Virus record (IMG/VR): IMGVR_UViG_3300020042_001755
Coordinates: 1-30,627 of that record
From: a virus
Taxonomy: Duplodnaviria > Caudoviricetes
Length of the DNA stretch: 30,627 nucleotides
Direction: 5' to 3' (one strand)
Part shown: in pieces, positions 8,782 through 16,985 of the stretch
Layout: each line of letters opens with the position of its first letter
How positions within the stretch are numbered: position 1 is the first letter of the stretch
The notes under the pieces: generated by a model
Databases searched by the model: none
What the model was told of the DNA's origin: nothing
What the model saw: the letters and a program-made list of their open reading frames with translations, nothing else
Translations under genes and position numbers: made by a program

Positions 8782-9245
8782 TGAGACTTCAATTGTTCAT
8801 TTTACTAGCGTCAATACGCACAAGCTTACCTAAACTCATTGCTGTTTTGTGGACATTTTTTTTACCTGTTACCAACTTACTTTTTTTAGTAGGTTTTTGT
8901 ATTTGTTTAGATACTATATTTGGCTTATGGAAAGCAAAGAAATTAAAAGAGAAAATATCTAGCCGTAGATTGTCAGCTATAATATCTAAAATGATGTTGT
9001 ATCAAATAACCGTTATACTATTTTTCCTTATAGACAAATTTATTTTAAACGCTATAATGCTAACTTTCTTTTCTGTGCCTTTAATGCTTACTAAAATAAT
9101 AGCACTTATATTAATTAGCATAGAAATATTTAGCATAGATGAGAATTACAGGGCCGTTCATACTTATGGCTTATGGCACGCATTTAAAAGGGCAGTAGGT
9201 AGAGCTAAAGAAATTAAAACCGATATAGATGGATTCAAAGATTAA
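8781..9245 (+). CDS. Holin
   Basis: Several hydrophobic segments; LDTIFGLWKA...ISSRRL and IEIFSIDEN holin motifs; overlaps the endolysin start. Confidence 0.85.
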   Translation: MRLQLFILLASIRTSLPKLIAVLWTFFLPVTNLLFLVGFCICLDTIFGLWKAKKLKEKISSRRLSAIISKMMLYQITVILFFLIDKFILNAIMLTFFSVPLMLTKIIALILISIEIFSIDENYRAVHTYGLWHAFKRAVGRAKEIKTDIDGFKD

Positions 9246-9798
9246 TGCGTTTGTTCACTTTATTCGTAAATGGGAAGGTGGACTAAGTAGGCACACCGCA
9301 GATAGTGCGAGCTCATATCCTTGTCCTACAAGTTTCAACGGCAAAAGTGGCTATCACACAAACGCAGGTATAACCTACGCTGCATGGGTTCACTCCTTTG
9401 GTAAGTCAAATGATAGCAGGTTTTTATCTATGAATTCTGAAGATTGGTTTAAAGTTTTCAAGGGATCATATTGGGATGGTGTTAAAGCTGATAAAATTAA
9501 TGATATTACTCTAGCTATATTCTTAACTGAGATAGCTTGGGGTTCAGGTACAAGTCAAGCAATTAAAACTGTGCAAAAGTGTGTTAGCCAGTGCGGGGTA
9601 AAAGTTACTATTGATGGTGCAATAGGACCGCAAACAATCACCGCAATAAACTCACTTAATGCAAGAGAATTACTAGCAGTTATGTTTGTAGAGCGTGAAA
9701 GATTTTTCAGAGCAATTGCTAAAGGTAAGAATTCAGTATTTCTTAAAGGGTGGTTAAATAGATTAAATGACTTTAAAGCGTGTTTTTATGCGATTTAA
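9229..9798 (+). CDS. Endolysin, glycoside hydrolase family 108 with C-terminal peptidoglycan-binding domain
   Basis: WEGG catalytic motif, TNAGIT, DGAIGPQT, FLKGWLNR. Confidence 0.9.
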   Translation: MDSKINAFVHFIRKWEGGLSRHTADSASSYPCPTSFNGKSGYHTNAGITYAAWVHSFGKSNDSRFLSMNSEDWFKVFKGSYWDGVKADKINDITLAIFLTEIAWGSGTSQAIKTVQKCVSQCGVKVTIDGAIGPQTITAINSLNARELLAVMFVERERFFRAIAKGKNSVFLKGWLNRLNDFKACFYAI

Positions 9799-10234
9799 GA
9801 CACTTATAATAGTTTTAAGTACAATCACATTACTTTTGGCTTGCAGTCAATCTAAGCGTGCCTTATGGCATTACAATAAAGCTGTTAAAAACGGCTTGTC
9901 TATTGATACCGATACCATAAGAGTAGCAACTATTGATAGTGTAGCGGTAGCGTATAACGACACTATTATATTTGAAAAGATATTGAGGTACAAAGATACT
10001 GTGATAAGAATTTTAGAGCTACCTAAGACCAGGTGGCAAACACGAATAGAGTACAGGTACAAAACGCAACTTGTTAAGCAGGATGTATTGAAGTACAAGT
10101 ATATTTATAAAGATAAAAAACAAGAGAAGGCCAAAACAAATTGGCGTTTGTTCTTTTGGGGGTTATTAGTAGGGTTTATTTTAAACTTTGCTTTACGAAT
10201 TTTAGACAAATTATACAACCCATTCAATAAATAG
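9788..10234 (+). CDS. Lipoprotein with C-terminal TM helix; putative unimolecular spanin (start revised to ATG 9788)
   Basis: MRFK + hydrophobic core + LLAC lipobox; C-terminal WRLFFWGLLVGFILNFAL; directly follows the endolysin. Confidence 0.6.
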   Translation: MRFKTLIIVLSTITLLLACSQSKRALWHYNKAVKNGLSIDTDTIRVATIDSVAVAYNDTIIFEKILRYKDTVIRILELPKTRWQTRIEYRYKTQLVKQDVLKYKYIYKDKKQEKAKTNWRLFFWGLLVGFILNFALRILDKLYNPFNK

Positions 10235-10236
10235 TT

Positions 10237-10245
10237 TACATTTAC
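10237..10245 (+). promoter_or_regulatory. Variant -7 element TAnnTTTAC
   Basis: TACATTTAC, 17 nt before ATG 10263; same variant at 11037 and 18032. Confidence 0.45.
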
Positions 10246-10262
10246 ACTAAAAAATTAAGTGT

Positions 10263-11039
10263 ATGAAAAGAAACCGTTTATTTTTCGACATAGAAACTAG
10301 CTTTAATGTAGGTATCTTTTGGCGTAGTGGTTACAATCTTACTATTAACCCTGGTGACATCATACACGAGCGTGCAATTATTTGCATTTGCTATAAGTGG
10401 GAAGGTGAAGATGAGGTGCACTCATTAGAGTGGGACAAACACCAAAGTGACAAGGCAATGCTTAAGAAGTTTTTAAAGGTAATTGCACAAGCTGAAGAAA
10501 TTGTGGCCCACAATGGTGATAGGTTCGACATGAAATGGTTAAGGACCAGGTGTATATTTCACGATCTAAAAATGCCACCTGTATATAATACTATTGACAC
10601 CCTTAAAGAAGCAAAGAGATATTTTAACTTTAACTCAAACAAGCTAGATTACATAGCTAAATTTTTGGGGGTAGGTGCGAAGCTTCAAACAGGCGGTTTA
10701 GATTTATGGAAGGATATAGTATTCAAAAAGTCACCTGAAGCAATGGATAAGATGGTAGAATATTGTAAGATGGATGTTACCGTACTACAGGCAGTATTTG
10801 ACAAGCTCAATGAGTACACACAAACTAAAGTAAACTATGCAGTATTAAGAGGTGGCGACAAGTACGACTGCCCTCAATGTGGTACAACTAATATAAGATA
10901 TAATAAGAAGGTAACGACTGCAGCAGGGACCATTCACCATTGGTTAATATGCAACCCTTGCAAAAAATACTATAAGGTCAATAACAAAACATATATTGAT
11001 TGGTTAAAGTATAGCATTAAAAAGAAAAATATTTCTTAA
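10263..11039 (+). CDS. DEDD-type (RNase H-fold, RNase_H_2-like) 3'-5' exonuclease with C-terminal zinc ribbon
   Basis: FFDIETS, HNGDRFD, YCKMDV; CPQC...CNPC. Confidence 0.85.
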   Translation: MKRNRLFFDIETSFNVGIFWRSGYNLTINPGDIIHERAIICICYKWEGEDEVHSLEWDKHQSDKAMLKKFLKVIAQAEEIVAHNGDRFDMKWLRTRCIFHDLKMPPVYNTIDTLKEAKRYFNFNSNKLDYIAKFLGVGAKLQTGGLDLWKDIVFKKSPEAMDKMVEYCKMDVTVLQAVFDKLNEYTQTKVNYAVLRGGDKYDCPQCGTTNIRYNKKVTTAAGTIHHWLICNPCKKYYKVNNKTYIDWLKYSIKKKNIS

Positions 11040-11046
11040 CTTTACG

Positions 11047-11104
11047 GCACTCTCATAGCGTGAGTTAAAGCCCTCATTAGACTTCGGTTTAGTGGGGGTT
11101 TTTT
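11047..11104 (+). ncRNA. Candidate trans-acting small RNA: seed-loop hairpin plus terminator
   Basis: TAACTTTAC element at 11037-11045; hairpin ACTC-[TCATAGCGT]-GAGT at 11049-11065; loop complementary to three start codons. The 5' end is estimated. Confidence 0.6.
11070..11104 (+). terminator. Rho-independent terminator with cUUCGg tetraloop
   Basis: GCCCTCATTAGAC-TTCG-GTTTAGTGGGGGT followed by TTTTT; 13-bp stem with G-U pairs. Confidence 0.9.
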
Positions 11105-11194
11105 GTAAACTATATAACGCATTACCTGTTAAATCTCTACAATTTGAATAGTTAATTATGCTTTATAGAGAACAGACTCGCCAATTATTATATA

Positions 11195-11247
11195 TTTTAA
11201 GGGAATAACCTTAAAAAAGGGTAGGTACATTAAGGACATAACCTTAA
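11195..11247. repeat. Two copies of the palindrome TTAAGG-N6-CCTTAA
   Basis: 11197-11214 and 11230-11247, 33 bp apart. Confidence 0.8.
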
Positions 11248-11326
11248 AAACTTGCTAAAATTCACTACAATTTAAGCACATAACACTAAATTTCACTTTT
11301 TGAAACCTATGCTGGGCGTAGAACAA

Positions 11327-11353
11327 ATGTTAAAATATGTTAAAATATGTTAA
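11327..11353 (+). repeat. ATGTTAA x3 with 10-bp period
   Basis: Copies start at 11327, 11337 and 11347, upstream of the early promoter. Confidence 0.85.
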
Positions 11354-11369
11354 TTTATTACATAAAGTT

Positions 11370-11399
11370 ATTGACATTTGTAAATAAGTATTATCTTTG
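11370..11399 (+). promoter_or_regulatory. Early promoter, Bacteroidota type (TTG...TATCTTTG)
   Basis: TATCTTTG 11392-11399; TTG 11371-11373; precedes the small-ORF cluster. Confidence 0.75.
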
Positions 11400-11429
11400 A
11401 ATATGTCAAACAACAAAAAACAACAAATT

Positions 11430-11639
11430 ATGAAAACAACTAGAATCAATACAGGAATTTATAAAATAGAAAATCAAGGTAAAATATTTGAATGTCAAAA
11501 AACAGAAGATAACCAATGGATGCTATTAGTATTTGTTGAGTCAAATGTAGGATTGCAAGGTGAATACGAATATTGTAACCATTACATTACTTTATCTGAT
11601 TGCAAGTATATTATACAAAAACACATTAACGAATTTTAA
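11430..11639 (+). CDS. Small early hypothetical protein (start revised to ATG 11430)
   Basis: A-rich leader after the promoter. Confidence 0.7.
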   Translation: MKTTRINTGIYKIENQGKIFECQKTEDNQWMLLVFVESNVGLQGEYEYCNHYITLSDCKYIIQKHINEF

Positions 11640-11669
11640 TTAATAATTTAACCAATAAAAACAAACGCT

Positions 11670-11786
11670 ATGAAAAAACTAATTGACTACTTTACACCAA
11701 CCAACGAAGATGATGCCTACTTAGGCAAAGGAATGCTTATAATGATAGGCGGTTTATTAATAATACTTTATTTAGCACACATATGA
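11670..11786 (+). CDS. 38-aa membrane peptide (not in ORF track)
   Basis: MKKLIDYFTPTNEDDAYLGKGMLIMIGGLLIILYLAHI; A-rich leader; ATGA overlap with the next gene. Confidence 0.7.
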   Translation: MKKLIDYFTPTNEDDAYLGKGMLIMIGGLLIILYLAHI

Positions 11787-11995
11787 AAAACTTAAGAGAA
11801 AAACACGAAGCTTGTATCAGAACTATTGATTTAATTATTGAAGGCCAAAGAACAGTTGATGAGATGATTTGGTCAAATGGTAGAAACAATGAGCAAGGCT
11901 TAACACCTTACCATTCAGAAGAAAACATACAGGCAGAAATAAGAGCCATTAACAGGCTTAAAGCAAGATACACATTATTAACAGCTAAACTTTAA
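11783..11995 (+). CDS. Hypothetical protein (70 aa)
   Basis: Coupled ORF in the early cluster. Confidence 0.65.
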   Translation: MKNLREKHEACIRTIDLIIEGQRTVDEMIWSNGRNNEQGLTPYHSEENIQAEIRAINRLKARYTLLTAKL

Positions 11996-11998
11996 AAG

Positions 11999-12325
11999 AT
12001 GATAGAAAAGGAATATGATTTTTCAACAGACCGCAAGTGCGAAGTTGAATACTACAGCGAAGATGGTGCAATACAATTTATAGTAAACTTTAACTGGACC
12101 TTTGGAGCTTGGAGTTATGAAGGTGACCTTGAAGTTGAAGTTGAACTGCAGGATAGCCTACAGGTAATTAATGGAATAAAGCACTATTACTATCCAAGTG
12201 TAAGTCAAGTAAACGAAATGATTGAATTTATACAAGAGCACATTTTAGAAGACCCTAATGATTTTGGCTTTGAGGGTTTTGTAGAAGATGAGCGTGATTT
12301 TCAAACCGATAATTCAGAATATTAA
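11999..12325 (+). CDS. Highly acidic hypothetical protein (108 aa)
   Basis: D/E- and aromatic-rich ORF in the early cluster. Confidence 0.7.
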   Translation: MIEKEYDFSTDRKCEVEYYSEDGAIQFIVNFNWTFGAWSYEGDLEVEVELQDSLQVINGIKHYYYPSVSQVNEMIEFIQEHILEDPNDFGFEGFVEDERDFQTDNSEY

Positions 12326-12326
12326 G

Positions 12327-12506
12327 ATGGAAAATACATTCACACCCACGAGCTTTAGCATTAAACGAAAAATGCAATGGTGGCGAAACCAATCCTGCCA
12401 AGATGATAAAGGCGGGAGCTTTGATTTAGACTTATACTTAGCTTACTTAGAAGCTCAAGATGATTATTTAAACCCTAAAACACAAGACAATGAGAAACAA
12501 AACTGA
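12327..12506 (+). CDS. Hypothetical protein (start revised to ATG 12327)
   Basis: ATG lies 1 nt after the upstream stop. Confidence 0.6.
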   Translation: MENTFTPTSFSIKRKMQWWRNQSCQDDKGGSFDLDLYLAYLEAQDDYLNPKTQDNEKQN

Positions 12507-12738
12507 AGAACGCAGAGAATTCAACAACGAAGCAATAACGCAACAGTGGCTATTTGCAGATATGCACGGCAACTTAACATTAAAACAATACCTAAACTTT
12601 AGGGAGTGGTATATTAACAGGTGCAAAGAGCTATTTGCTTACAATAAAAATACAATTATGAGACACTTCGATAGTTTCTTTTTAGTGTACGGTTTTGATA
12701 TTTTACAGCAGCAAACTGATGGCGATGAGATCGTATAA
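12490..12738 (+). CDS. Hypothetical protein (82 aa)
   Basis: Overlapping ORF in the early cluster. Confidence 0.6.
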   Translation: MRNKTEERREFNNEAITQQWLFADMHGNLTLKQYLNFREWYINRCKELFAYNKNTIMRHFDSFFLVYGFDILQQQTDGDEIV

Positions 12739-12874
12739 GCTAACCTATGAGATTGAGGGCAATGTAATAGAAACATACTACTTCCCTTCTAGAAATTTAG
12801 CACTTTGGAAACAACGGCAGCTGCATGGTGACGGCAACCATTACCGAGGCATATTTAAAATAGAAATACAATGA
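12725..12874 (+). CDS. 49-aa hypothetical protein (not in ORF track)
   Basis: MRSYKLTYEIEGNVIETYYFPSRNLALWKQ...; fills the gap exactly, with an ATGA overlap at 12871. Confidence 0.6.
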   Translation: MRSYKLTYEIEGNVIETYYFPSRNLALWKQRQLHGDGNHYRGIFKIEIQ

Positions 12875-13059
12875 ATCAGCACAGGATGTTAAGAGTAATC
12901 AAACTGATTGAATTCTTAAAGATTAAACCTAGACCTATAAGCTCAATGTCACGATACTTAGGAATAAGTGAACGCTCAATTTACAGATACCTAAAGATGT
13001 ACGAGCAACTAGGGCACAAATTAAACAAAGATAAACACAACAAATATTTTATAAAATGA
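12871..13059 (+). CDS. Small helix-turn-helix DNA-binding protein
   Basis: ISSMSRYLGISERSIYRYL, HTH_11-like pattern. Confidence 0.8.
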   Translation: MNQHRMLRVIKLIEFLKIKPRPISSMSRYLGISERSIYRYLKMYEQLGHKLNKDKHNKYFIK

Positions 13060-13409
13060 GCAGAATAGAAGAAATAAAAGAAATAATAATACAGGAAGGC
13101 TTGCACCTACCCAATAGACAAAGAGACAAAGTTTACCGCAGGTTCTACTTAGCTCACCTGTTACGCAAAGAAAAGTTAATGCTTCGAGAGATTGGAGATA
13201 TATTCAATAAGTCACACGCAACAATTATACATTCACTTGAAAGTCACAAGCACTGGCATAGAGTACGAGATGAGCAATACTTGAATTGTACACTTGACTT
13301 AAGGGAACGGTTCCCAATTAGAATAACACTAAGGCAAGAGATACTAAAGGTCAATAATATGAGAGAGCTCACCGATTTAAAGGCAAAAATAAAAGGGTGT
13401 CTTTACTGA
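13056..13409 (+). CDS. HTH protein resembling the DnaA C-terminal DNA-binding domain
   Basis: LREIGDIFNKSHATIIHS versus the DnaA domain IV consensus L.EIG..FG.RDHTTV.H. Confidence 0.7.
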   Translation: MSRIEEIKEIIIQEGLHLPNRQRDKVYRRFYLAHLLRKEKLMLREIGDIFNKSHATIIHSLESHKHWHRVRDEQYLNCTLDLRERFPIRITLRQEILKVNNMRELTDLKAKIKGCLY

Positions 13410-13412
13410 AAG

Positions 13413-13590
13413 GTGCAAGTTGCGTTTCTGCTTTCTATATATATTATACAAGGCTTTGGAAAAAAAAATAAAAAAACTCAAAAAACTGAAAATTAAGTCT
13501 CCTATCGCCGTGGCCCTGTGGGAGTATAGGTTTTGGCTTTTTTGTAACTTGCACGCAACTTGCACTAATTGATTTAACTTGCACTAATTG
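13413..13590. other. Putative replication origin (iterons flanking an AT-rich core)
   Basis: AACTTGCAC at 13546, 13557 and 13576; inverted copy at 13413-13421; A/T tracts 13436-13497; adjacent to the primase-helicase. Confidence 0.7.
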
Positions 13591-13602
13591 GGTAATTTTG
13601 CC

Positions 13603-13610
13603 TATATTTG
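13603..13610 (+). promoter_or_regulatory. Bacteroidota -7 element TATATTTG
   Basis: 14 nt upstream of ATG 13625; TTG at 13579-13581 lies inside the last iteron. Confidence 0.65.
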
Positions 13611-13624
13611 ATAAAAATAACGCT

Positions 13625-16003
13625 ATGATAAGTATCTATAAAAGTATTCAACAGCCATTTGATAAAAACTACATAACCGTAGAACAGGCTATTGAGAGAA
13701 TTAAAAACAGTCGCTACGCTGAAAAGATTGAAGCCATGCGTAATATGCCTAAAGCACTTTACGACAAAGAAAAACAAACGCTACCTGTATATAGATGGTC
13801 AGGACAATTTGACTACGGTAATGATAAGGGTATCTTAGAGCACTCGGGGTTAATATGCCTGGACTTTGACGGCTATAAAGATGATAAAGAGCTGAAAGCT
13901 GCAAGGCTTAGTTTAATGTTAAAGCCATTTGTTTATATTATGTTTACCTCACCTTCAGGCAAAGGGTTAAAGGTAGTAGTTAAGATACCCGCTGAAGTTA
14001 ACAGCCATCGTGGACATTTTTTGTCCTTAGAAAAGGAGCTCAGCAACAAGCACTGGGACAATACAAGCATAAATATTAGTAGGGCCTGCTTTGACTCATA
14101 CGACCCCGATATCTTTGTCAATGTCAATGCTGAAACTTATACAGCTATCTTAGAAGAGATTGAAGAGATTGACTATTCTTACCTTGCTACTATTCCTATG
14201 AAGAGTACTAATAAGATTATTAATAACCTTCAAAAATGGTTTGAGTCTAAGTATGATTTAATGGAAGGTAGCCGTAACAAATCACTATTTGCCTTTGCCT
14301 CTGCATTTAATCGGTACGGTATTAACCAGGTAGAGTGTGAACAATATATCTTAAATAAATATTCAGCAACTTTAGATCGTGATGAGCTTCTTAATTGTAT
14401 TAAGTCGGGCTATAGAGATAAGGGAGATTTTGGTACTGCTCAATTTGAAGATAAGGAAATTGTTGAGTATGTTAAAAAAGAGATTAAGTCCGGACAAACA
14501 AAGAAGGCAACTAAGGCAAAGCTAAAGGATTATTCTACAGATGAGGTGGAGATGATTATTGATAAAGCTGAAAGCGAACTGAAGAATTTTTGGCGTAAAG
14601 ATGATAAAGGTAGGGTATCGGTTAGTCCATCTTTATACAGGGACTTTTTAGCTGACAATGGATTTTTTAAGTATTATAACAGTGAGCTTAGTTACTTGTT
14701 TATTAAGATTGAGAATAACTTTGTAAGAGAGATAAACGAAGATAGGATAAAGGATTTTATACTTCATTACATAGATAGCCAAAATGATGCTGTTGTATTT
14801 GATTACATTAGCTCTACTACTAGACTATTCAAAAAGGACTTCTTAAACTACATTAAAGATAAAGAGGTAGAATTTATTAGAGATACTAAAGATAAAGGAT
14901 ATTTGTTTTATCAAAATTGCCTTGTAGAGATTACAGCTGAGGGGGTAGAACAAAAGCAATATGTAGATTTTACACAGCATGTTTGGGAGAAACAAGTAAT
15001 AAAAAGAAACTTTAACCTATCAAGCTCAGATTGTGACTTCAAAACTTTTATAAAGAATATATCTAAAACTGAGGATAGGTACAATTCGTTTCAATCGGTT
15101 ATAGGTTATATGTTACACACTTACAAAACGCCTTACTTTAGTCCTGCAATTATTTTAAATGATGAGGATATAAGCGACAATCCTCAAGGTGGTACAGGTA
15201 AGGGTTTGATAGTCGAAGCTCTTAGTCAATTTAAGAATAGCTGCACGATCAATGGTAAGAACTTTGACCCATCTAAAGACTTTGCTTTTCAGCGGGTTAG
15301 TATTGATACTCAAGTACTAGTCTTTGATGATGTCCAGGAGAACTTCGATTTTGAAAAACTATTTAGTATTGTCACCGATGGTATGCCGATTAATAAGAAA
15401 AACAAAGATGAATTCTTTATTGATAAGGACCGTACCCCAAAGATTATCATACCAACTAATTACATACTTAAAGGTGAAGGTAACAGCCATGAGCGTAGAA
15501 GGTTTGAAATAGAGCTGAATAATCACTATAATAAGAAGTTTACACCATGGCACGAATTCAAGCGTAATTTTTTCTATGATTGGGACGCTGAAGAGTGGGC
15601 TAAATTTGACAACTTTATGATTGAGTGTATACAGCACTTCTTAATCAATGGTTTAGTATCTTACAATTCGGTTAATTTAGATGAGAAACGATTAGTAAGT
15701 GAGCTTGGACATGATTTTTATACCTGGATAACTGAGCACATTAAATTTAATGAGCGTATTCACTTCAAAGATATCTATGAGAATTTCACTAATGATTATA
15801 CACACCACCGCAAATGGTCACAAAAGTATACAACGGTAAGGCTTAATAAATATGCTAACTACCTTGTTAAGCTTGGTACTTGTCAATCTATTGTAAGAGG
15901 TAAGACTAATCAATCTAAAGAGTATATTGAACTAATTAAAGTAACGGCACCCCTTGCAGCTTCAGTTGATATTTGGGACCAAATAGAAGCTAAAGTATTA
16001 TGA
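13625..16003 (+). CDS. Primase-helicase (VirE_N/BT4734-like + PriCT + SF3 helicase); start revised to ATG 13625
   Basis: HSGLICLDFD and FTSPSGKGLK; GSRNKSLF (PriCT); Walker A GGTGKG, Walker B LVFDD, motif C IIIPTN, arginine finger ERRR. Confidence 0.88.
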   Translation: MISIYKSIQQPFDKNYITVEQAIERIKNSRYAEKIEAMRNMPKALYDKEKQTLPVYRWSGQFDYGNDKGILEHSGLICLDFDGYKDDKELKAARLSLMLKPFVYIMFTSPSGKGLKVVVKIPAEVNSHRGHFLSLEKELSNKHWDNTSINISRACFDSYDPDIFVNVNAETYTAILEEIEEIDYSYLATIPMKSTNKIINNLQKWFESKYDLMEGSRNKSLFAFASAFNRYGINQVECEQYILNKYSATLDRDELLNCIKSGYRDKGDFGTAQFEDKEIVEYVKKEIKSGQTKKATKAKLKDYSTDEVEMIIDKAESELKNFWRKDDKGRVSVSPSLYRDFLADNGFFKYYNSELSYLFIKIENNFVREINEDRIKDFILHYIDSQNDAVVFDYISSTTRLFKKDFLNYIKDKEVEFIRDTKDKGYLFYQNCLVEITAEGVEQKQYVDFTQHVWEKQVIKRNFNLSSSDCDFKTFIKNISKTEDRYNSFQSVIGYMLHTYKTPYFSPAIILNDEDISDNPQGGTGKGLIVEALSQFKNSCTINGKNFDPSKDFAFQRVSIDTQVLVFDDVQENFDFEKLFSIVTDGMPINKKNKDEFFIDKDRTPKIIIPTNYILKGEGNSHERRRFEIELNNHYNKKFTPWHEFKRNFFYDWDAEEWAKFDNFMIECIQHFLINGLVSYNSVNLDEKRLVSELGHDFYTWITEHIKFNERIHFKDIYENFTNDYTHHRKWSQKYTTVRLNKYANYLVKLGTCQSIVRGKTNQSKEYIELIKVTAPLAASVDIWDQIEAKVL

Positions 16004-16431
16004 ACAAAGAAAGTAAAGAAAGGTTAAAGACAGCAGAGCTTGCTTACCTGATAACGAAATACCCCTCAGTGCCTGTTCCTATGATACCATTAACGAAGTA
16101 CGAGGATAAGACAGCTAATGGATTGACTAAATGTATTGTTGAATTTTTAAACTACTCTAAATGTCAAGCAGAAAGGATAAGTACTACTGGACTATTTCGC
16201 AACGGAAAATGGACCAAAGGAAGCGGAACCAAAGGGAGTGCTGACATCTCAGCTACTATTCAAGGCCGTTCAGTTAAGATTGAGGTTAAGATTGGTAAGG
16301 ATAGGCAAAGTGAGGACCAAAAGAAATACCAAAAATCTATTGAGGATTGTGGAGGTGTTTATATAATTGCAAAGAATTTTGATGATTTTGTCGTATGGTA
16401 CGATAATTTTTGTATATTTGTTAATAAATAA
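16000..16431 (+). CDS. VRR-NUC / PD-(D/E)XK endonuclease (resolvase-like)
   Basis: GSADI...IEVK...QSEDQ...GGVYII. Confidence 0.8.
   Translation: MNKESKERLKTAELAYLITKYPSVPVPMIPLTKYEDKTANGLTKCIVEFLNYSKCQAERISTTGLFRNGKWTKGSGTKGSADISATIQGRSVKIEVKIGKDRQSEDQKKYQKSIEDCGGVYIIAKNFDDFVVWYDNFCIFVNK
16387..16420 (+). promoter_or_regulatory. Bacteroidota promoter TTTG-N22-TATATTTG
   Basis: TTTG 16387-16390, TATATTTG 16413-16420, upstream of the ERF gene. Confidence 0.65.
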
Positions 16432-16445
16432 TTAAAACAAACGCT

Positions 16446-16985
16446 ATGAGTACAAAGAAAGTGGCTGACGCCATTGAAGAAGTAGACATGTCTACTATGC
16501 CGTTTTATGTAAGACTACATAAAGCAAAACAATTAATCGGTAAGGTGCATAAGAATGCAATCAACCCCCATTTCAAAAAGAATTATGCTGACATTAATAG
16601 TATCTTAGATACTGTTGAGCCTATTTTACTGCAGCACGATCTATTATTACTGCAACCCATTAAGGATAATGTAGTAGTTAGTCAAATAATTGACATCCAC
16701 TCTGGTGATTTAGTAGAAAGTTATATGACTTTACCTGCTATTACTGACCCTCAAAAGGTTTTAAGTGCTGTGACTTACTTTAGAAGAGGAACTTTACAAA
16801 GTTTACTATCTCTTCAGGCAGTTGATGATGATGGAAGCACAGCTGCAAGCTCTAAGCCGTCTATTGATAACAAAAGATTTGAAGAAGCAGTACAAGCTAT
16901 CAATGATAACAAGTACACTGTTGCTAAACTAAAGGCTAGTTTTGATTTAACTGATTTACAAACTAAAGCTTTACTATTGTTATGA
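16446..16985 (+). CDS. erf: ERF-family single-strand annealing protein
   Basis: NPHFKKNYADI and QKVLSAVTYFRRGTLQSLLSLQAVDDDG match the ERF signature (SAiTYarRYal...DDDG). Confidence 0.88.
   Translation: MSTKKVADAIEEVDMSTMPFYVRLHKAKQLIGKVHKNAINPHFKKNYADINSILDTVEPILLQHDLLLLQPIKDNVVVSQIIDIHSGDLVESYMTLPAITDPQKVLSAVTYFRRGTLQSLLSLQAVDDDGSTAASSKPSIDNKRFEEAVQAINDNKYTVAKLKASFDLTDLQTKALLLL

Noticed and set aside
10263-11039. DNA polymerase call
   Set aside because: Only the exonuclease motifs and a zinc ribbon are present; no polymerase domain.
11195-11353. CRISPR or mini-array reading of the repeats
   Set aside because: Repeats are too short and too few, without constant repeat-spacer periodicity.
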